Assembly (NCBI GenBank): GCA_963810935.1
Contig: CAWEPK010000001.1
Span: forward strand, 96,001-160,000
Source of the DNA: an uncultured delta proteobacterium
GTDB taxonomy: Bacteria > Desulfobacterota > Syntrophorhabdia > Syntrophorhabdales > WCHB1-27
Direction: 5' to 3'
DNA: 64,000 nt
Positions within the stretch are counted from its first letter, which is position 1, and each line of letters begins with the position of its first letter. This document shows positions 1-9,825 of this stretch, one piece after another. The notes under the pieces were generated by a model. That model was not told where the DNA came from and ran no database searches. It saw only the letters and a list, made by a program, of their open reading frames with translations. Made by a program: the position numbers and the translations under genes.

Positions 1-1158
1 GCACTTGCCAAAGGCCCCGTAGCCGTTATCCTGCCGGCAGTTACGGTCGTCATTTTCCTGTGCCTTGAAAAACGGATTTCGTTCCTGAAGAAACTGGCGT
101 CCGCGAGGGCGCTTCTCCTTTTCGCCGCTGTCTGTGTCCCCTGGTTTATCGCCATCTGCATGAGGGAAAAGGAGTTCTTTCAGTTCTTCTTCATCGACCA
201 GAACTTACTCAGGTTCGTAACCACGAAGCATCACAGGAGCGGCCCCATTTATTATTTCCTGCCGGTTATTTTCGGCGGTCTGTTCCCCTGGTCGCTCTTT
301 ATCCCCAGGGCCGTGGCCTGCCTCTGGAGAAGGAGGGAGTTGCGGCTCCTCTGGATCTGGTGCTGTGTCGTCTTCATTTTTTTCAGCCTTTCCGGTTCCA
401 AGCTGCCGCCCTACATCCTCCCGCTGTTTCCTGCCGCATGTGTCATCCTCGGCTGCCTTTTTCAGGAAATGCGCCGGGGGAGCGTCCGGCCGGGGGCCGA
501 GAACATATGTTTCGCGCTCTTCTTTGCGGTGGTTGCGGCTGCCGGCTTATACGTTTCGTCGGGGCGCGCCGACAGGCTCCTTTCCGACATGGCCGAATTG
601 ACTGCCATGCCGGCAGGTGCGCACGGCCTTGCCCTATGGATATCGTCGGCTTCCCTGGTTGCCCTTGCCGCCCTTGCGTCGAAGAAGGCGCGCCGGCCGG
701 CCGGGCTGTTCGTCCTCCTGGCGGCCTTTTCTTTATCGATATGCGTGGGGATCATGGTCCAAGTGCGGATGATCGACGGCCTCAACACTACGAAGGAGCT
801 GGCGCGGGAAGCGCAGACGTTGCGGACAGTGAATACTGCCATAGTCAATTACGGGGTCTTCGATGAAACCCTGCCTTTCTACGTGGCAGGAAGAACTTAC
901 ATAGCCGACTACAAGGGCGAGCTCGAGATGGGATCGAAGTACCCGGACTCGAAAGGGACGTTCCTGGGCACGGACGCGTTCTTGCGGATGTTCCGGTCCG
1001 ACCGGCCGGTCCTTGTCGTATTCAAGGAAAGCCGGATCAACCGGCTGCGCAGGCTGGGCATCGATGAAGCGCCCGTTATGTGCCATGCGGACCGGTGCCT
1101 CATTGCCAACCTGGCCGCATCGGCCGGCGCGGCGGGAATAATAGATGGAAGAAAGTAA
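1..1158 (+). CDS. ArnT/PMT-family (GT39/83) membrane glycosyltransferase, 5'-truncated by window
   Basis: Frame is open from base 1 (ALAKGPVAV...). Has ArnT-like motifs KGP, YYFLPV..GLFPW and SKLPPYILP, many TM segments, and a C-terminal GELEMG region. Confidence 0.85.
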   Translation, partial: ALAKGPVAVILPAVTVVIFLCLEKRISFLKKLASARALLLFAAVCVPWFIAICMREKEFFQFFFIDQNLLRFVTTKHHRSGPIYYFLPVIFGGLFPWSLFIPRAVACLWRRRELRLLWIWCCVVFIFFSLSGSKLPPYILPLFPAACVILGCLFQEMRRGSVRPGAENICFALFFAVVAAAGLYVSSGRADRLLSDMAELTAMPAGAHGLALWISSASLVALAALASKKARRPAGLFVLLAAFSLSICVGIMVQVRMIDGLNTTKELAREAQTLRTVNTAIVNYGVFDETLPFYVAGRTYIADYKGELEMGSKYPDSKGTFLGTDAFLRMFRSDRPVLVVFKESRINRLRRLGIDEAPVMCHADRCLIANLAASAGAAGIIDGRK

Positions 1159-1831
1159 AAGCGAGCTTTTCGACGACTGGCCGGAACGATACGACCGGTG
1201 GTTTGAAACGCCCATCGGGTCGCAGGTCAAAGCGTGCGAGGAGGCGCTCGTCATGGAGATGCTTACCCCGGAGCCCAGGGAGGCCATCCTGGATGCGGGC
1301 AGCGGCACGGGCGTCTTCACCTTGCCGATTATAGCGGCGGGCGCCCTTGTCACGGGCCTGGACATCTCGCTGCCTATGGTCCGGTCTTCGGTCCGCAAGC
1401 TGGGGCGTGCCTCCTTCAGCCCGGTGGTGGCAGATATGGCCTCACTACCCTTCCGCGACGCTGTCTTCGACAAATCCGTATCGATAACGGCCCTGGAGTT
1501 CGTAGAGGACGGGGCGTGGGCTGTCGCAGAGCTTTTACGGGTCACGAAGGCGGGCGGCCTGGTGGTCGCGGCAACGCTCAACAGCGAGAGCCCCTGGGCA
1601 GCCCGCAGGAGAAAAGAGGCGGGGGAAAAAGAAAGCATCTTCAGGAAGGCCGTTTTCAGGTCTGAAGCCGACATGCGCGCACTCGCGCCGTTCCCGGCGG
1701 AAGTAGCGACTGCCGTGCATTTCGATAAGGAGACAGACCCTGCGTCGGCCGTCCCGCTTGAGCGGGCAGGGCGGCAAAAAAACCTCATGACAGGGGCGTT
1801 CATCGCCGCCCGCTGGCGCAAGCCTCTGTAA
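1145..1831 (+). CDS. Class I SAM-dependent methyltransferase
   Basis: ILDAGSGTG motif I, GLDIS, and ADMASLPF.D..FD. Confidence 0.9.
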   Translation: MEESKSELFDDWPERYDRWFETPIGSQVKACEEALVMEMLTPEPREAILDAGSGTGVFTLPIIAAGALVTGLDISLPMVRSSVRKLGRASFSPVVADMASLPFRDAVFDKSVSITALEFVEDGAWAVAELLRVTKAGGLVVAATLNSESPWAARRRKEAGEKESIFRKAVFRSEADMRALAPFPAEVATAVHFDKETDPASAVPLERAGRQKNLMTGAFIAARWRKPL

Positions 1832-1855
1832 ACGGGGCGAGCGCTTCGCGCCCTT

Positions 1856-2671
1856 TTAGAGCGCTTCGGCCTGGAACCGGGGAATGCTGCCCTTCTCCAG
1901 GTTTTCCTCGTAAACCTTGACGAATAAAAACGAGGTCGCTATAAGATAGGCTGCCGACAGCAGAGCGCCGGCTGTCAGGTCGAAGGCATAGCCTGCCGGC
2001 AGGCTTCCTGTCGCGAGGACGGCGCGGCAACCCTCGAAGACGTACGACGGCGGGATCGCCTTTGCAATGATCTGCAGGGAGGAGGGCAGGGTCGAGATGG
2101 GGTAATATACGCCCGCAAAGATCGAGAGCACCATCGGTATAGGCCAGCCGAGCCACTCCGCCGAGGGGCCCAGCCGGAAGATGATGGCAGAGATGAATAT
2201 GCCCATAGATATGCCGAACAGCAGGAGTATCAGGAGAAAAGGAAAAAGAAGAGACCCTATTTTAAGCATATTGTAGCCGAAAGCGACTGAGGCCAAAGCG
2301 ATCATGGCCACAAACCCGACCGCGCCGCTCGCGACGCTCGTCATTATGAGGCCGCCGAGATATTCCCTTATCTTAAGGGGCGAGGCGAAAAAGTTAATGA
2401 AGTTCTGGCTCCAGATGTCTTCGAGGAAGGCCATCATGATCCCCTGCTCGATCCTTACCATGAACTCCCATAGAATAATCGCGCCGAGGATGACCGTAAT
2501 GAACCCGAAAGTATCCTGCCCCAGGGACCCCAGATATTTGCTGATGAACCCCCACTGGACGATGTCGATGAGGAGCCACAGAAAAATACTTACCATACGG
2601 GTGGGGTTGCTTTTGTAAAGGAAAAATTGCCGGACGAAGATCGCCAGCATCCTGTGAAGGCTCATTCGCAT
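1856..2671 (-). CDS. ABC-2 type transporter permease
   Basis: About 6 TM segments, AGVYYPISTLP motif, coupled to the upstream ATPase. Confidence 0.9.
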   Translation of the reverse strand: MRMSLHRMLAIFVRQFFLYKSNPTRMVSIFLWLLIDIVQWGFISKYLGSLGQDTFGFITVILGAIILWEFMVRIEQGIMMAFLEDIWSQNFINFFASPLKIREYLGGLIMTSVASGAVGFVAMIALASVAFGYNMLKIGSLLFPFLLILLLFGISMGIFISAIIFRLGPSAEWLGWPIPMVLSIFAGVYYPISTLPSSLQIIAKAIPPSYVFEGCRAVLATGSLPAGYAFDLTAGALLSAAYLIATSFLFVKVYEENLEKGSIPRFQAEAL

Positions 2672-3438
2672 TACTCCTTAAAGGAGACGGGCTCCCGGGC
2701 GACCGCTATGAAGAGCTCTTCGAGGTCTTTCTTTCCGTGCTCGGCCGGTAGCCTGGCCGGATGGCCCTCGAGGAGGACCTGCCCGCGAGACAGGAAAAGC
2801 ACCTTATCGCAAACCTCCGCGATCTCGGTCATATTGTGGGAGGTCCAGAGTATGCCCGCATTGAGGACGCGGACATACTCTTTTATCTTCTCCCGTACCA
2901 GCAGCGAGATGCTGGGGTCCAGCGAGGCTGTAGGCTCGTCCAGAAGCAGGAGCCTCGGGCTGTTCATTACCGCCTTTGCGAGGTTAAGGCGGCTCATCTC
3001 GCCGGAAGAGAGAAGGCCCGCTTTCTTGTCCGCGAAGCGTTCCAGGTCGAACTCGCGCATAAGGGCGGCCAGCTTCTTCTTTATCTTTCTCACCCCGTAG
3101 AGAAGGGCAAAGACGAAGAGGTTCTGCCGGACGGTAAGGTTGGCGGGCACCTGGGCGTATACGGCAGCGAAGTTGACGTAGCGGCCTATATCGGAGCGGC
3201 GCTTGTTCAGGTTCTTCCCCATCACTTCGATCGTGCCCTCCGTCGACTTCAGGATGCCGAGGACCATGTTGATCGTAGTGGTCTTGCCCGCCCCGTTCGG
3301 ACCGAGCAGCCCCACTATCTCACCCTGTCCGACCGAAAAGGAAATATGGTCCAACGCCCTGAAGCCGCCGTAGTCCTTTGTCAGTCCGGTGATTTTCAGG
3401 ATGGGCTCTCCGCTTGTAGTCTGAACGGGATCCTTCAT
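2671..3438 (-). CDS. ABC transporter ATP-binding protein
   Basis: GPNGAGKTT, LSSGE and LLLDEPT motifs. Start taken at the ATG of MKDPVQ. Confidence 0.9.
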   Translation of the reverse strand: MKDPVQTTSGEPILKITGLTKDYGGFRALDHISFSVGQGEIVGLLGPNGAGKTTTINMVLGILKSTEGTIEVMGKNLNKRRSDIGRYVNFAAVYAQVPANLTVRQNLFVFALLYGVRKIKKKLAALMREFDLERFADKKAGLLSSGEMSRLNLAKAVMNSPRLLLLDEPTASLDPSISLLVREKIKEYVRVLNAGILWTSHNMTEIAEVCDKVLFLSRGQVLLEGHPARLPAEHGKKDLEELFIAVAREPVSFKE

Positions 3439-3577
3439 ACACCGTAGGATAAGGCAGAACCGGGCGGATTGCAAAAGAGAGCGCAGGATGGGGGCATCGG
3501 CGAGAATGCCCCCGGCCGGCTGCGGATCAAAAGGCCCCTTTCCGTGAGGCCATCGACTTTTCGTGCGTGAGGATATG

Positions 3578-3973
3578 CTACCTTGCTATCACTACAATCT
3601 GACCCTTCATGCCGTGCATCTTATCCATGAACTTGTTGCTGTAAAACTTGTATATTCCTGACTTCTCGAAGAGGAGCTTTGCGTCAAGCGTCTTGTTGGC
3701 CGGGATATCCACTCCCTGGAATAGTTCTCCATTGGGTTTATTGATGGTGAAGTTGTGGTTCTTGGAGGTCATGTTCTCCAGCTTTAGAATAAGCGTCTCC
3801 CCCTGGTATATTTGGAAGTTGTTCGGATCGAACTTGTGATCCAGTATCTTAACGTTGACGACGTAGTCCATTTTAGCTTCCAGGACGACCGGTTTTTGAA
3901 GACCGCTGCATGCCGCAATCGCTACCACCAATCCGAAAACAAGCACAGCCGACCAGACGATCCGCCTTTTCAT
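3578..3973 (-). CDS. Cupredoxin-domain lipoprotein
   Basis: Signal peptide with lipobox IAAC. FDPN, HNF and GMKGQIVV match the cupredoxin pattern. AAGGAGG precedes the ATG. Confidence 0.75.
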   Translation of the reverse strand: MKRRIVWSAVLVFGLVVAIAACSGLQKPVVLEAKMDYVVNVKILDHKFDPNNFQIYQGETLILKLENMTSKNHNFTINKPNGELFQGVDIPANKTLDAKLLFEKSGIYKFYSNKFMDKMHGMKGQIVVIAR

Positions 3974-4098
3974 GGCATCCTCCTTGTGAGTGGTTAGCAA
4001 ATGGGCGTATCAATGGATCACGGCACTGCACCGTCGCCCTTATTCCAATATAAGACTGCCTTTTTTCGTTTCAATCGGGTTGCTGCGGTATGCTGCGA

Positions 4099-4581
4099 TT
4101 ATATTTCCGGATGGGAGCGGAGGGCCTTCAGAAAGTCTTCGGGTATGGGTACGACACGCCGCGTCCGGTAGTTGAGGATCAACACGGACGTCTCGGCAAG
4201 GGCAATTACTTTCCCATCTCTCACAATCCTTTGATAAATGCAGAAGCCCTTTCGCGTGAACGCGTCGAAATGCGTATCCACGACGATCTCGTCCGAGACA
4301 AGACCTTCGGCCATGAAGCTCACCGCAAGATCTACTATAATGATGCCCGTGGCCCCGTCGCCCAGGTCCGACTCCAGGAGGCCCATGGAGTGAAATACAT
4401 GCGCGCGGGCTCGGCTTAGAAGCAGGACGATGTTATCCGTGCCGAGGTGGTGCCCGCCTTCGCTTAAGTCTTCCGGACGGACCGTCACCGGGTAGTGGAA
4501 CGTATATGACTTCTGCTCGGCAAGCTTAACCGGGCCGGCCGACCGCCTGCGGCAAAGCCGGCGCACTGCCGTATCAGCCAT
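4099..4581 (-). CDS. Hotdog-fold thioesterase family protein (start uncertain)
   Basis: VRPEDL..GHHLG motif and 4HBT-like C-terminus. TTGACA-17-TACCTT lies upstream at 4643-4615. Confidence 0.75.
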   Translation of the reverse strand: MADTAVRRLCRRRSAGPVKLAEQKSYTFHYPVTVRPEDLSEGGHHLGTDNIVLLLSRARAHVFHSMGLLESDLGDGATGIIIVDLAVSFMAEGLVSDEIVVDTHFDAFTRKGFCIYQRIVRDGKVIALAETSVLILNYRTRRVVPIPEDFLKALRSHPEI

Positions 4582-4701
4582 CGCTTCGAACCCCTCATTT
4601 TTCGATTTTGAAAGAAGGTATCACGCAGCCGGCTGCCTGTCAATAAAACGCCTTTGGCCTGCTGTGCGACGAAGAAAAAGTGTATATTAGATCAGGCGGC
4701 C

Positions 4702-5529
4702 ATGATAGAGATCAGGGACCTGACAAAAACCTACGGGGCAGTGACGGCCGTGAACCGTGTGAGCCTCACGGTGGAGACGGGGGAGGTCTTCGGCCTCCTC
4801 GGCCCCAACGGGGCGGGAAAGACTACGCTCATAAAAATGCTCACCCTGCTTTCGAGGCCCGATTCGGGCGGCTTCACGATAGCGGGTCTCGATGCGTCGC
4901 GCCCTTCAGCGATCAAGCGGCTGATCGGCGTCATGCCCCAGGAGAATAACCTTGAGCGGGAGCTGACCGCGGGCGAGAATTTGCTCGTCTACGGAATGCT
5001 CCACGGCCTGGACAGTCTCTCCGAAAATATAGAACATACCCTTTCGACCATCGGCCTGCTGGACCGGAAGGGGTCGTTCGTCTCCGAGTTTTCAGGAGGC
5101 ATGCAGAGGAGGCTCCTCCTCGGCAGGGCGCTCATGACGCAGCCTGCCGTCGTCTTTCTCGACGAGCCTTCCATCGGCCTCGATCCGCAGATAAGGCGGC
5201 AGATGTGGGACCTGATACGTAAGGCCAGGATCGAGGGGCGGACGGTCGTCATCACGACGCATTACATCGAGGAGGCGGAGGCCCTGTGCGACAGAGTCGG
5301 CATACTTGCCAAAGGGAGCCTGGTCGCCCTGGGGGCCCCGGCCGAGCTTAAGACGCAGGTGGGGGATTACGTAGTCGAGTACGTCGATGACGACGGCCGG
5401 CTGATACAGCACATGTGCAAGAGCAGGGCGGAGGCCCAACAAGCGGCCGGTAGTGTGGAGAACGGCGTCACTATAAGGCGTTCCAACCTGGAAGACGTCT
5501 TCATCAAGATTACCGGGGAGCGGCTGTAA
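4702..5529 (+). CDS. ABC transporter ATP-binding protein
   Basis: GPNGAGKTT, FSGGMQRR and FLDEPS motifs. Confidence 0.9.
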   Translation: MIEIRDLTKTYGAVTAVNRVSLTVETGEVFGLLGPNGAGKTTLIKMLTLLSRPDSGGFTIAGLDASRPSAIKRLIGVMPQENNLERELTAGENLLVYGMLHGLDSLSENIEHTLSTIGLLDRKGSFVSEFSGGMQRRLLLGRALMTQPAVVFLDEPSIGLDPQIRRQMWDLIRKARIEGRTVVITTHYIEEAEALCDRVGILAKGSLVALGAPAELKTQVGDYVVEYVDDDGRLIQHMCKSRAEAQQAAGSVENGVTIRRSNLEDVFIKITGERL

Positions 5530-5602
5530 TGACAAACATAGCTGGATGGTACTTGATCTATCTCAAAGATGAAGGAAACGATCCAGGCAGGTTCCCGTAT
5601 CA

Positions 5603-5672
5603 TCCTTTTTATGAGGGGGTGGCTCCACGAGCTTCGCTCGTGGAGGGGGCGACGCGAGCCCCGGTAATTGGG
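5603..5672 (+). repeat. REP-like hairpin repeat, family A
   Basis: TTTTATGAGGGGG, then hairpin CTCCACGAGC-TTC-GCTCGTGGAG, then GGGGCGAC..CCGGTAATTGG. Related copies at about 30932, 56349 and 56455. Confidence 0.7.
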
Positions 5673-5683
5673 GAGCGGCTCTA

Positions 5684-6433
5684 ATGACGCGGCTGACCGA
5701 ATGGTACCCCATATATCTTAAAGAGATGCTCATCTTCAAGAGGAAGCTCTTCAAGCTGGGCTATCTTTTCTCCGCCATGGTCATACCCGTGATGTACCTC
5801 GTTGCCTTCGGACTCGGCCTCGGCAAGAGCGTCCAGACGGGCCACGGCACCTACCTCGACTTCCTTATCCCCGGCCTCGTCGCCATGAGCTCGATGACGA
5901 ACTCATATGCCTGGCTTGCCGGCGCCATCGCCATCAACAGGCTCTATTTCAAGTCTTTCCAGGTACTCGTGCAGGCCCCTATCAGTCCATCTTCCATTAT
6001 GGTCGGCGAGGTGCTGGCGGGTATGACGAAAGGGGTCTTCGCTTCCATTCTTATACTGTTGGTCGGTTTCGGCATATCGGCGCATTTCCGCGTGACGCTG
6101 CTTTTTATCGGGACCCTGTTGCTCAATTGCTTTCTCTTCGCCTGCATGGGCATCGTCACGGGGTTAGCGGCCAAGTCCCATGAGGACACCTCGACCTACT
6201 CGAACTTATTCATCCTGCCCATGGCCTTTTTCAGCGGCACCTTTTTTCCTGTGGACAGGGCGCCCATTGTCATCAAGTGGATCATCTACATTATGCCCCT
6301 CACGCATACGAACATCCTGATTCGGGCGTCGCGTTTCGACGGCAGTGTTATGGTCTCCCTCACCGTGCTCCTTGCCTACTCCATGGCCCTCTTCGCGTAC
6401 GGGTCACGTCAAATAAGACGATACAGCGAGTAA
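5684..6433 (+). CDS. ABC-2 type permease
   Basis: YLDFLIPG and PMAFFSGTFFP motifs, about 6 TM segments. Confidence 0.9.
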   Translation: MTRLTEWYPIYLKEMLIFKRKLFKLGYLFSAMVIPVMYLVAFGLGLGKSVQTGHGTYLDFLIPGLVAMSSMTNSYAWLAGAIAINRLYFKSFQVLVQAPISPSSIMVGEVLAGMTKGVFASILILLVGFGISAHFRVTLLFIGTLLLNCFLFACMGIVTGLAAKSHEDTSTYSNLFILPMAFFSGTFFPVDRAPIVIKWIIYIMPLTHTNILIRASRFDGSVMVSLTVLLAYSMALFAYGSRQIRRYSE

Positions 6434-6470
6434 AAATATCCTGGAATGAGCGAGGTCCGCGCGGCGAGTT

Positions 6471-8066
6471 TTACGGGACTGGCGGGGACTGCGCATCCGG
6501 GGGAGCGGCGGACGGCGCGGCCATCCGGTCCCTGTCCCTGTCGATGTCGTGCGACAGGCGGTAAGCGATGTAATAGCGGTTCACATTGGCCACGTACCGT
6601 ACTGTTTCCTCGCCTATCTTGTCGAGGACGACGCGCTCCACGTGGTCAAACCAGAGGTTGGGGTTGAGGCCCCGCCTCTTTGCCTCGCGCCGCATTGCCT
6701 GAATGCGCATCGGCCCTGCGTTGTATGCGGCGAGACTGAAATCGACCTTTGAGTCAGGGGGGATATCTTCCTCGTTGAAATAATTGCTCCTTATCCAGCC
6801 GATATAGGCGACGCCAGCGGCTATATTGCTGTGCGCGTTGGTGATGTCCCTGTAACCCATGCTCCTGCCGGTCGAGGGAAGGAGCTGCATGATGCCGATG
6901 GCGCCCTTGCGGCTCCTGACTTTCTGATCGAGCTGCGATTCCTGATATCCCTGCGCCATCATCATGAGCCAGTCGAGCTTGTTCTTCTCCCCCGCTTCCT
7001 TGAAATGCGGGCCCACCTGCTTTACCCTGGCGGAAAGCTCGCCCGCCAGCGGGTTCTCTATGAACTTCGTGTCCTTGAAGTAGCGCTTCATGGCAACGGC
7101 GTACCGGCGCCGCATGTTCCTGTTCGTGCTCGCGTAGTCGATGAAATCGTTCAGGCTCTTCAGGAATTCGACATTTTCCGGCCGCACGGCCCAGGCTATG
7201 TCGCCGCCCTTGGTCAGGGCGACATCGGGCACTATAGTGATATTAGGAAGCACCTGCGCCCATAGGCGGGCGATAAAATCGTCCGCGACGGTCAGGTCCA
7301 GGATGCCCGCATTGACCATCTCCAGTATGTCGTCGGCGTTCGCGCTCGCAGGCATCTCCACTATGTCGGCCGGTGTAAGCCCGGCGGTCTTCAACCGGTC
7401 GTTAAGCTCATGCAAGTGCTGGGCGAAGCTGCTGCCGCGCAATACGTAGACCTTCCTGCCCGAAAGCTCGTTCAGGTTCTTCGGCAGCTCGACTCCCGTA
7501 TGGGCTACAAAGACTTCGGAGACATTGTCTATGTACGAGTCGGTGAATGCCGCCCGGCGCCGCCTCTCGGGCGTCGCAGTGATGAAGCCCGCCGCGATAT
7601 CGCCCTTGCCCTGGATAAGAAAAGGGATCAGCTCCTCGAAGCGGACCGGTATGAACGTTATGCTTATCTTCGGCTTCTTCTTCCGCGTCAACCTATTGAG
7701 GAACTTCTCATACTCCATGAACGCCTCGCATTCGAACCCGTAGGGCCTGCCGTTGGCAACGAAGAACTCTGTGCGGCCGTAATGGACCAGAATGCGTATG
7801 TTGCGCGTCCCGGGGCCGAGGTCCGATGTCTTCTTGACGACGGGCCTGTACAGGACAGCGGCCTCCAGCTCGCCGCCTGTTGGGTCCAGTAAAGAGACCT
7901 TCTCGTCGGGAACGGCATCGCGGGCGGGCGTCCGGCCTGCAGGCGACCGGGAAACAGCCGGGGAGGGCAGGCAGAGAACGAGGGCGACGCAAAGCGCCGC
8001 AGCGACGGCGGCCCCTATCACCCGGGCGGCCGCGTTCCTGCTTCGTTTTTTGTTCAAGCCCCGCAT
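6471..8066 (-). CDS. MltF-like protein: SBP_bac_3 domain plus lytic transglycosylase (SLT)
   Basis: SLT motifs YQES, GIMQL and AAYNAG, with an N-terminal amino-acid-binding-like domain and signal segment. Start taken at MRGLNKK. Confidence 0.85.
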   Translation of the reverse strand: MRGLNKKRSRNAAARVIGAAVAAALCVALVLCLPSPAVSRSPAGRTPARDAVPDEKVSLLDPTGGELEAAVLYRPVVKKTSDLGPGTRNIRILVHYGRTEFFVANGRPYGFECEAFMEYEKFLNRLTRKKKPKISITFIPVRFEELIPFLIQGKGDIAAGFITATPERRRRAAFTDSYIDNVSEVFVAHTGVELPKNLNELSGRKVYVLRGSSFAQHLHELNDRLKTAGLTPADIVEMPASANADDILEMVNAGILDLTVADDFIARLWAQVLPNITIVPDVALTKGGDIAWAVRPENVEFLKSLNDFIDYASTNRNMRRRYAVAMKRYFKDTKFIENPLAGELSARVKQVGPHFKEAGEKNKLDWLMMMAQGYQESQLDQKVRSRKGAIGIMQLLPSTGRSMGYRDITNAHSNIAAGVAYIGWIRSNYFNEEDIPPDSKVDFSLAAYNAGPMRIQAMRREAKRRGLNPNLWFDHVERVVLDKIGEETVRYVANVNRYYIAYRLSHDIDRDRDRMAAPSAAPPDAQSPPVP

Positions 8067-8166
8067 GGTCTTACATTCTACAATTTTAGTGCGTAACTTG
8101 TTAAGGACTTTTATCTGTACACATTGACAGTCATGATACAATAGAAGAAAAAAGCAGGAGGTTCTA

Positions 8167-8730
8167 ATGGCAAGAATCGAGGTCGGTACCGAAGGCATCT
8201 GCTATCCCATGCCATGCTCGCTGGTCGGGTGCAACGTGGAAGGCAAACCAACGTTTCTCACGGTCGCGTGGTTCAGTATGGTGAATCCCAAGCCGCCTTA
8301 CATAATGATCTCCCTGGGCAAGCATTATTCGAACCCGGGTATCATCGGGAACGGTACGTTCAGCGTAAACATCCCCTCCGTGTCGATGGTCGAGGAGACC
8401 GATTATTGCGGCATAGCGTCGGGGAAGAAATACGACAAGTCCGGCCTTTTCAAGGTCTTTTACGGGAAACTGGGGAGTGCGCCCATGATCGACGACTGCC
8501 CTTACAGCATGGAGTGCAAGCTCGTAAAGAGGGTCGAATTACCGGCGGAGGAAATGTTCATCGGCGAGATCGTCGCGGCCTATGCCGACGAGCGTTTCCT
8601 TACGAATGGGGTGCCTGACCTTGCGAAGACGCAGCCCTTTGTGCTCTCCATCGCAGACCGCAGGTACCTGGGCCTCGGAGCGGAAGTGGGAAAGGCATGG
8701 GAAGCAGGTAAAAAACTGATGGGCAAATGA
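8167..8730 (+). CDS. Flavin reductase/flavoredoxin family protein
   Basis: FSVNIPS, DYCGIASG, APMI..CP.SMEC and FIGEIV motifs. GGAGG RBS. Confidence 0.9.
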   Translation: MARIEVGTEGICYPMPCSLVGCNVEGKPTFLTVAWFSMVNPKPPYIMISLGKHYSNPGIIGNGTFSVNIPSVSMVEETDYCGIASGKKYDKSGLFKVFYGKLGSAPMIDDCPYSMECKLVKRVELPAEEMFIGEIVAAYADERFLTNGVPDLAKTQPFVLSIADRRYLGLGAEVGKAWEAGKKLMGK

Positions 8731-8915
8731 CGGCCCTATTCGTCAGCGGGTGGCCCCCTGTTCACAGGGTTGAATCGTTCCGTTTCCTATAGCGATCAAT
8801 ATTAGCATCAAAGGCGATGAGACGTTTATCATGAAAATGTTTTAATGACAAGAGTTTTTTCTTGACATGCCTACCACCATAGTGGTAAATAGATTTGTAT
8901 AGAAAACGTGTAGGC

Positions 8916-9773
8916 ATGTATAACGCACCTGTTTTAAAGAAAGGCATCGAGATACTCCGTCTCATAACGGGCACGAGCGAGCTGCTCGGCGTGAGCGAGA
9001 TATCACGCAGGCTTTCCATCGTGAAGAGCACCACGTTGGGCATATTGAAGGCACTCGAGGAAGAAGGTTTGCTCGCCCAAGACCCCGTTACAAAGAAATA
9101 CGTGCCGGGATCCTCCCTTTTCGATCTGTCTAAAAGCGTGCTGCGCAGCATGGACTTGCCTTTTGTGGCCAAGCCTTTTCTGGAGAGGCTGGCGGAGCAG
9201 GTCGGCGAGACGGCTATTTTGGCCGCGTGGGAGATGGATGGGTCGTTCAGGGTACTAGAAGTCGGCGAGCCCAAGCGGGAGATGAAGATCACGGTCCCCG
9301 TCGGTACGCGCCTTCCGCTCCATACTGCGGCCCTGATGAAGGTGTTTCTGAGCCGGATGACGGAGGAGGAGATCGGCCGCATCGTTGGAGATAAGCCCCT
9401 GCCCAAGTATACGGAGCATACCATCACTAGCCGCGAAAAGTTGCTTGAGGAGTTGGAGCGGGTCCGCACCGAGGGCTATGCCATTGACTGCGAGGAGTAC
9501 CGTAGGGGCGTGCGCGCCCTTACCGTTCCCGTCTTCAAGGGGGACCACTCCACAACGGCTATTTCCATCTTCGGCCTTGCCGGCTCGATGGATGACAGGC
9601 ACATCCCCGAGATGGTAACAGCAATGAAGAATACCGCCCATGCGATAGGCAGGAAGATGCTGCTTATGACGGGTGGTTACGATGAGTCGGACAGTGTAAT
9701 CGGCGGTCCCGGCCTGGAGGATAGACCGGGCCATAGGCCCCTGCGTAAATCAGGTGCACAAGCGCCCGGTTGA
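8916..9773 (+). CDS. IclR family transcriptional regulator
   Basis: N-terminal HTH (GVSEISRRLSIVKST), G.RLPLH.TA..K and GYAID.EE motifs. Confidence 0.9.
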   Translation: MYNAPVLKKGIEILRLITGTSELLGVSEISRRLSIVKSTTLGILKALEEEGLLAQDPVTKKYVPGSSLFDLSKSVLRSMDLPFVAKPFLERLAEQVGETAILAAWEMDGSFRVLEVGEPKREMKITVPVGTRLPLHTAALMKVFLSRMTEEEIGRIVGDKPLPKYTEHTITSREKLLEELERVRTEGYAIDCEEYRRGVRALTVPVFKGDHSTTAISIFGLAGSMDDRHIPEMVTAMKNTAHAIGRKMLLMTGGYDESDSVIGGPGLEDRPGHRPLRKSGAQAPG

Positions 9774-9825
9774 CGCTTTAGACGGAAGCACGTTAGCTCT
9801 TAACCTTTATTTTGAAGGGGGTACA

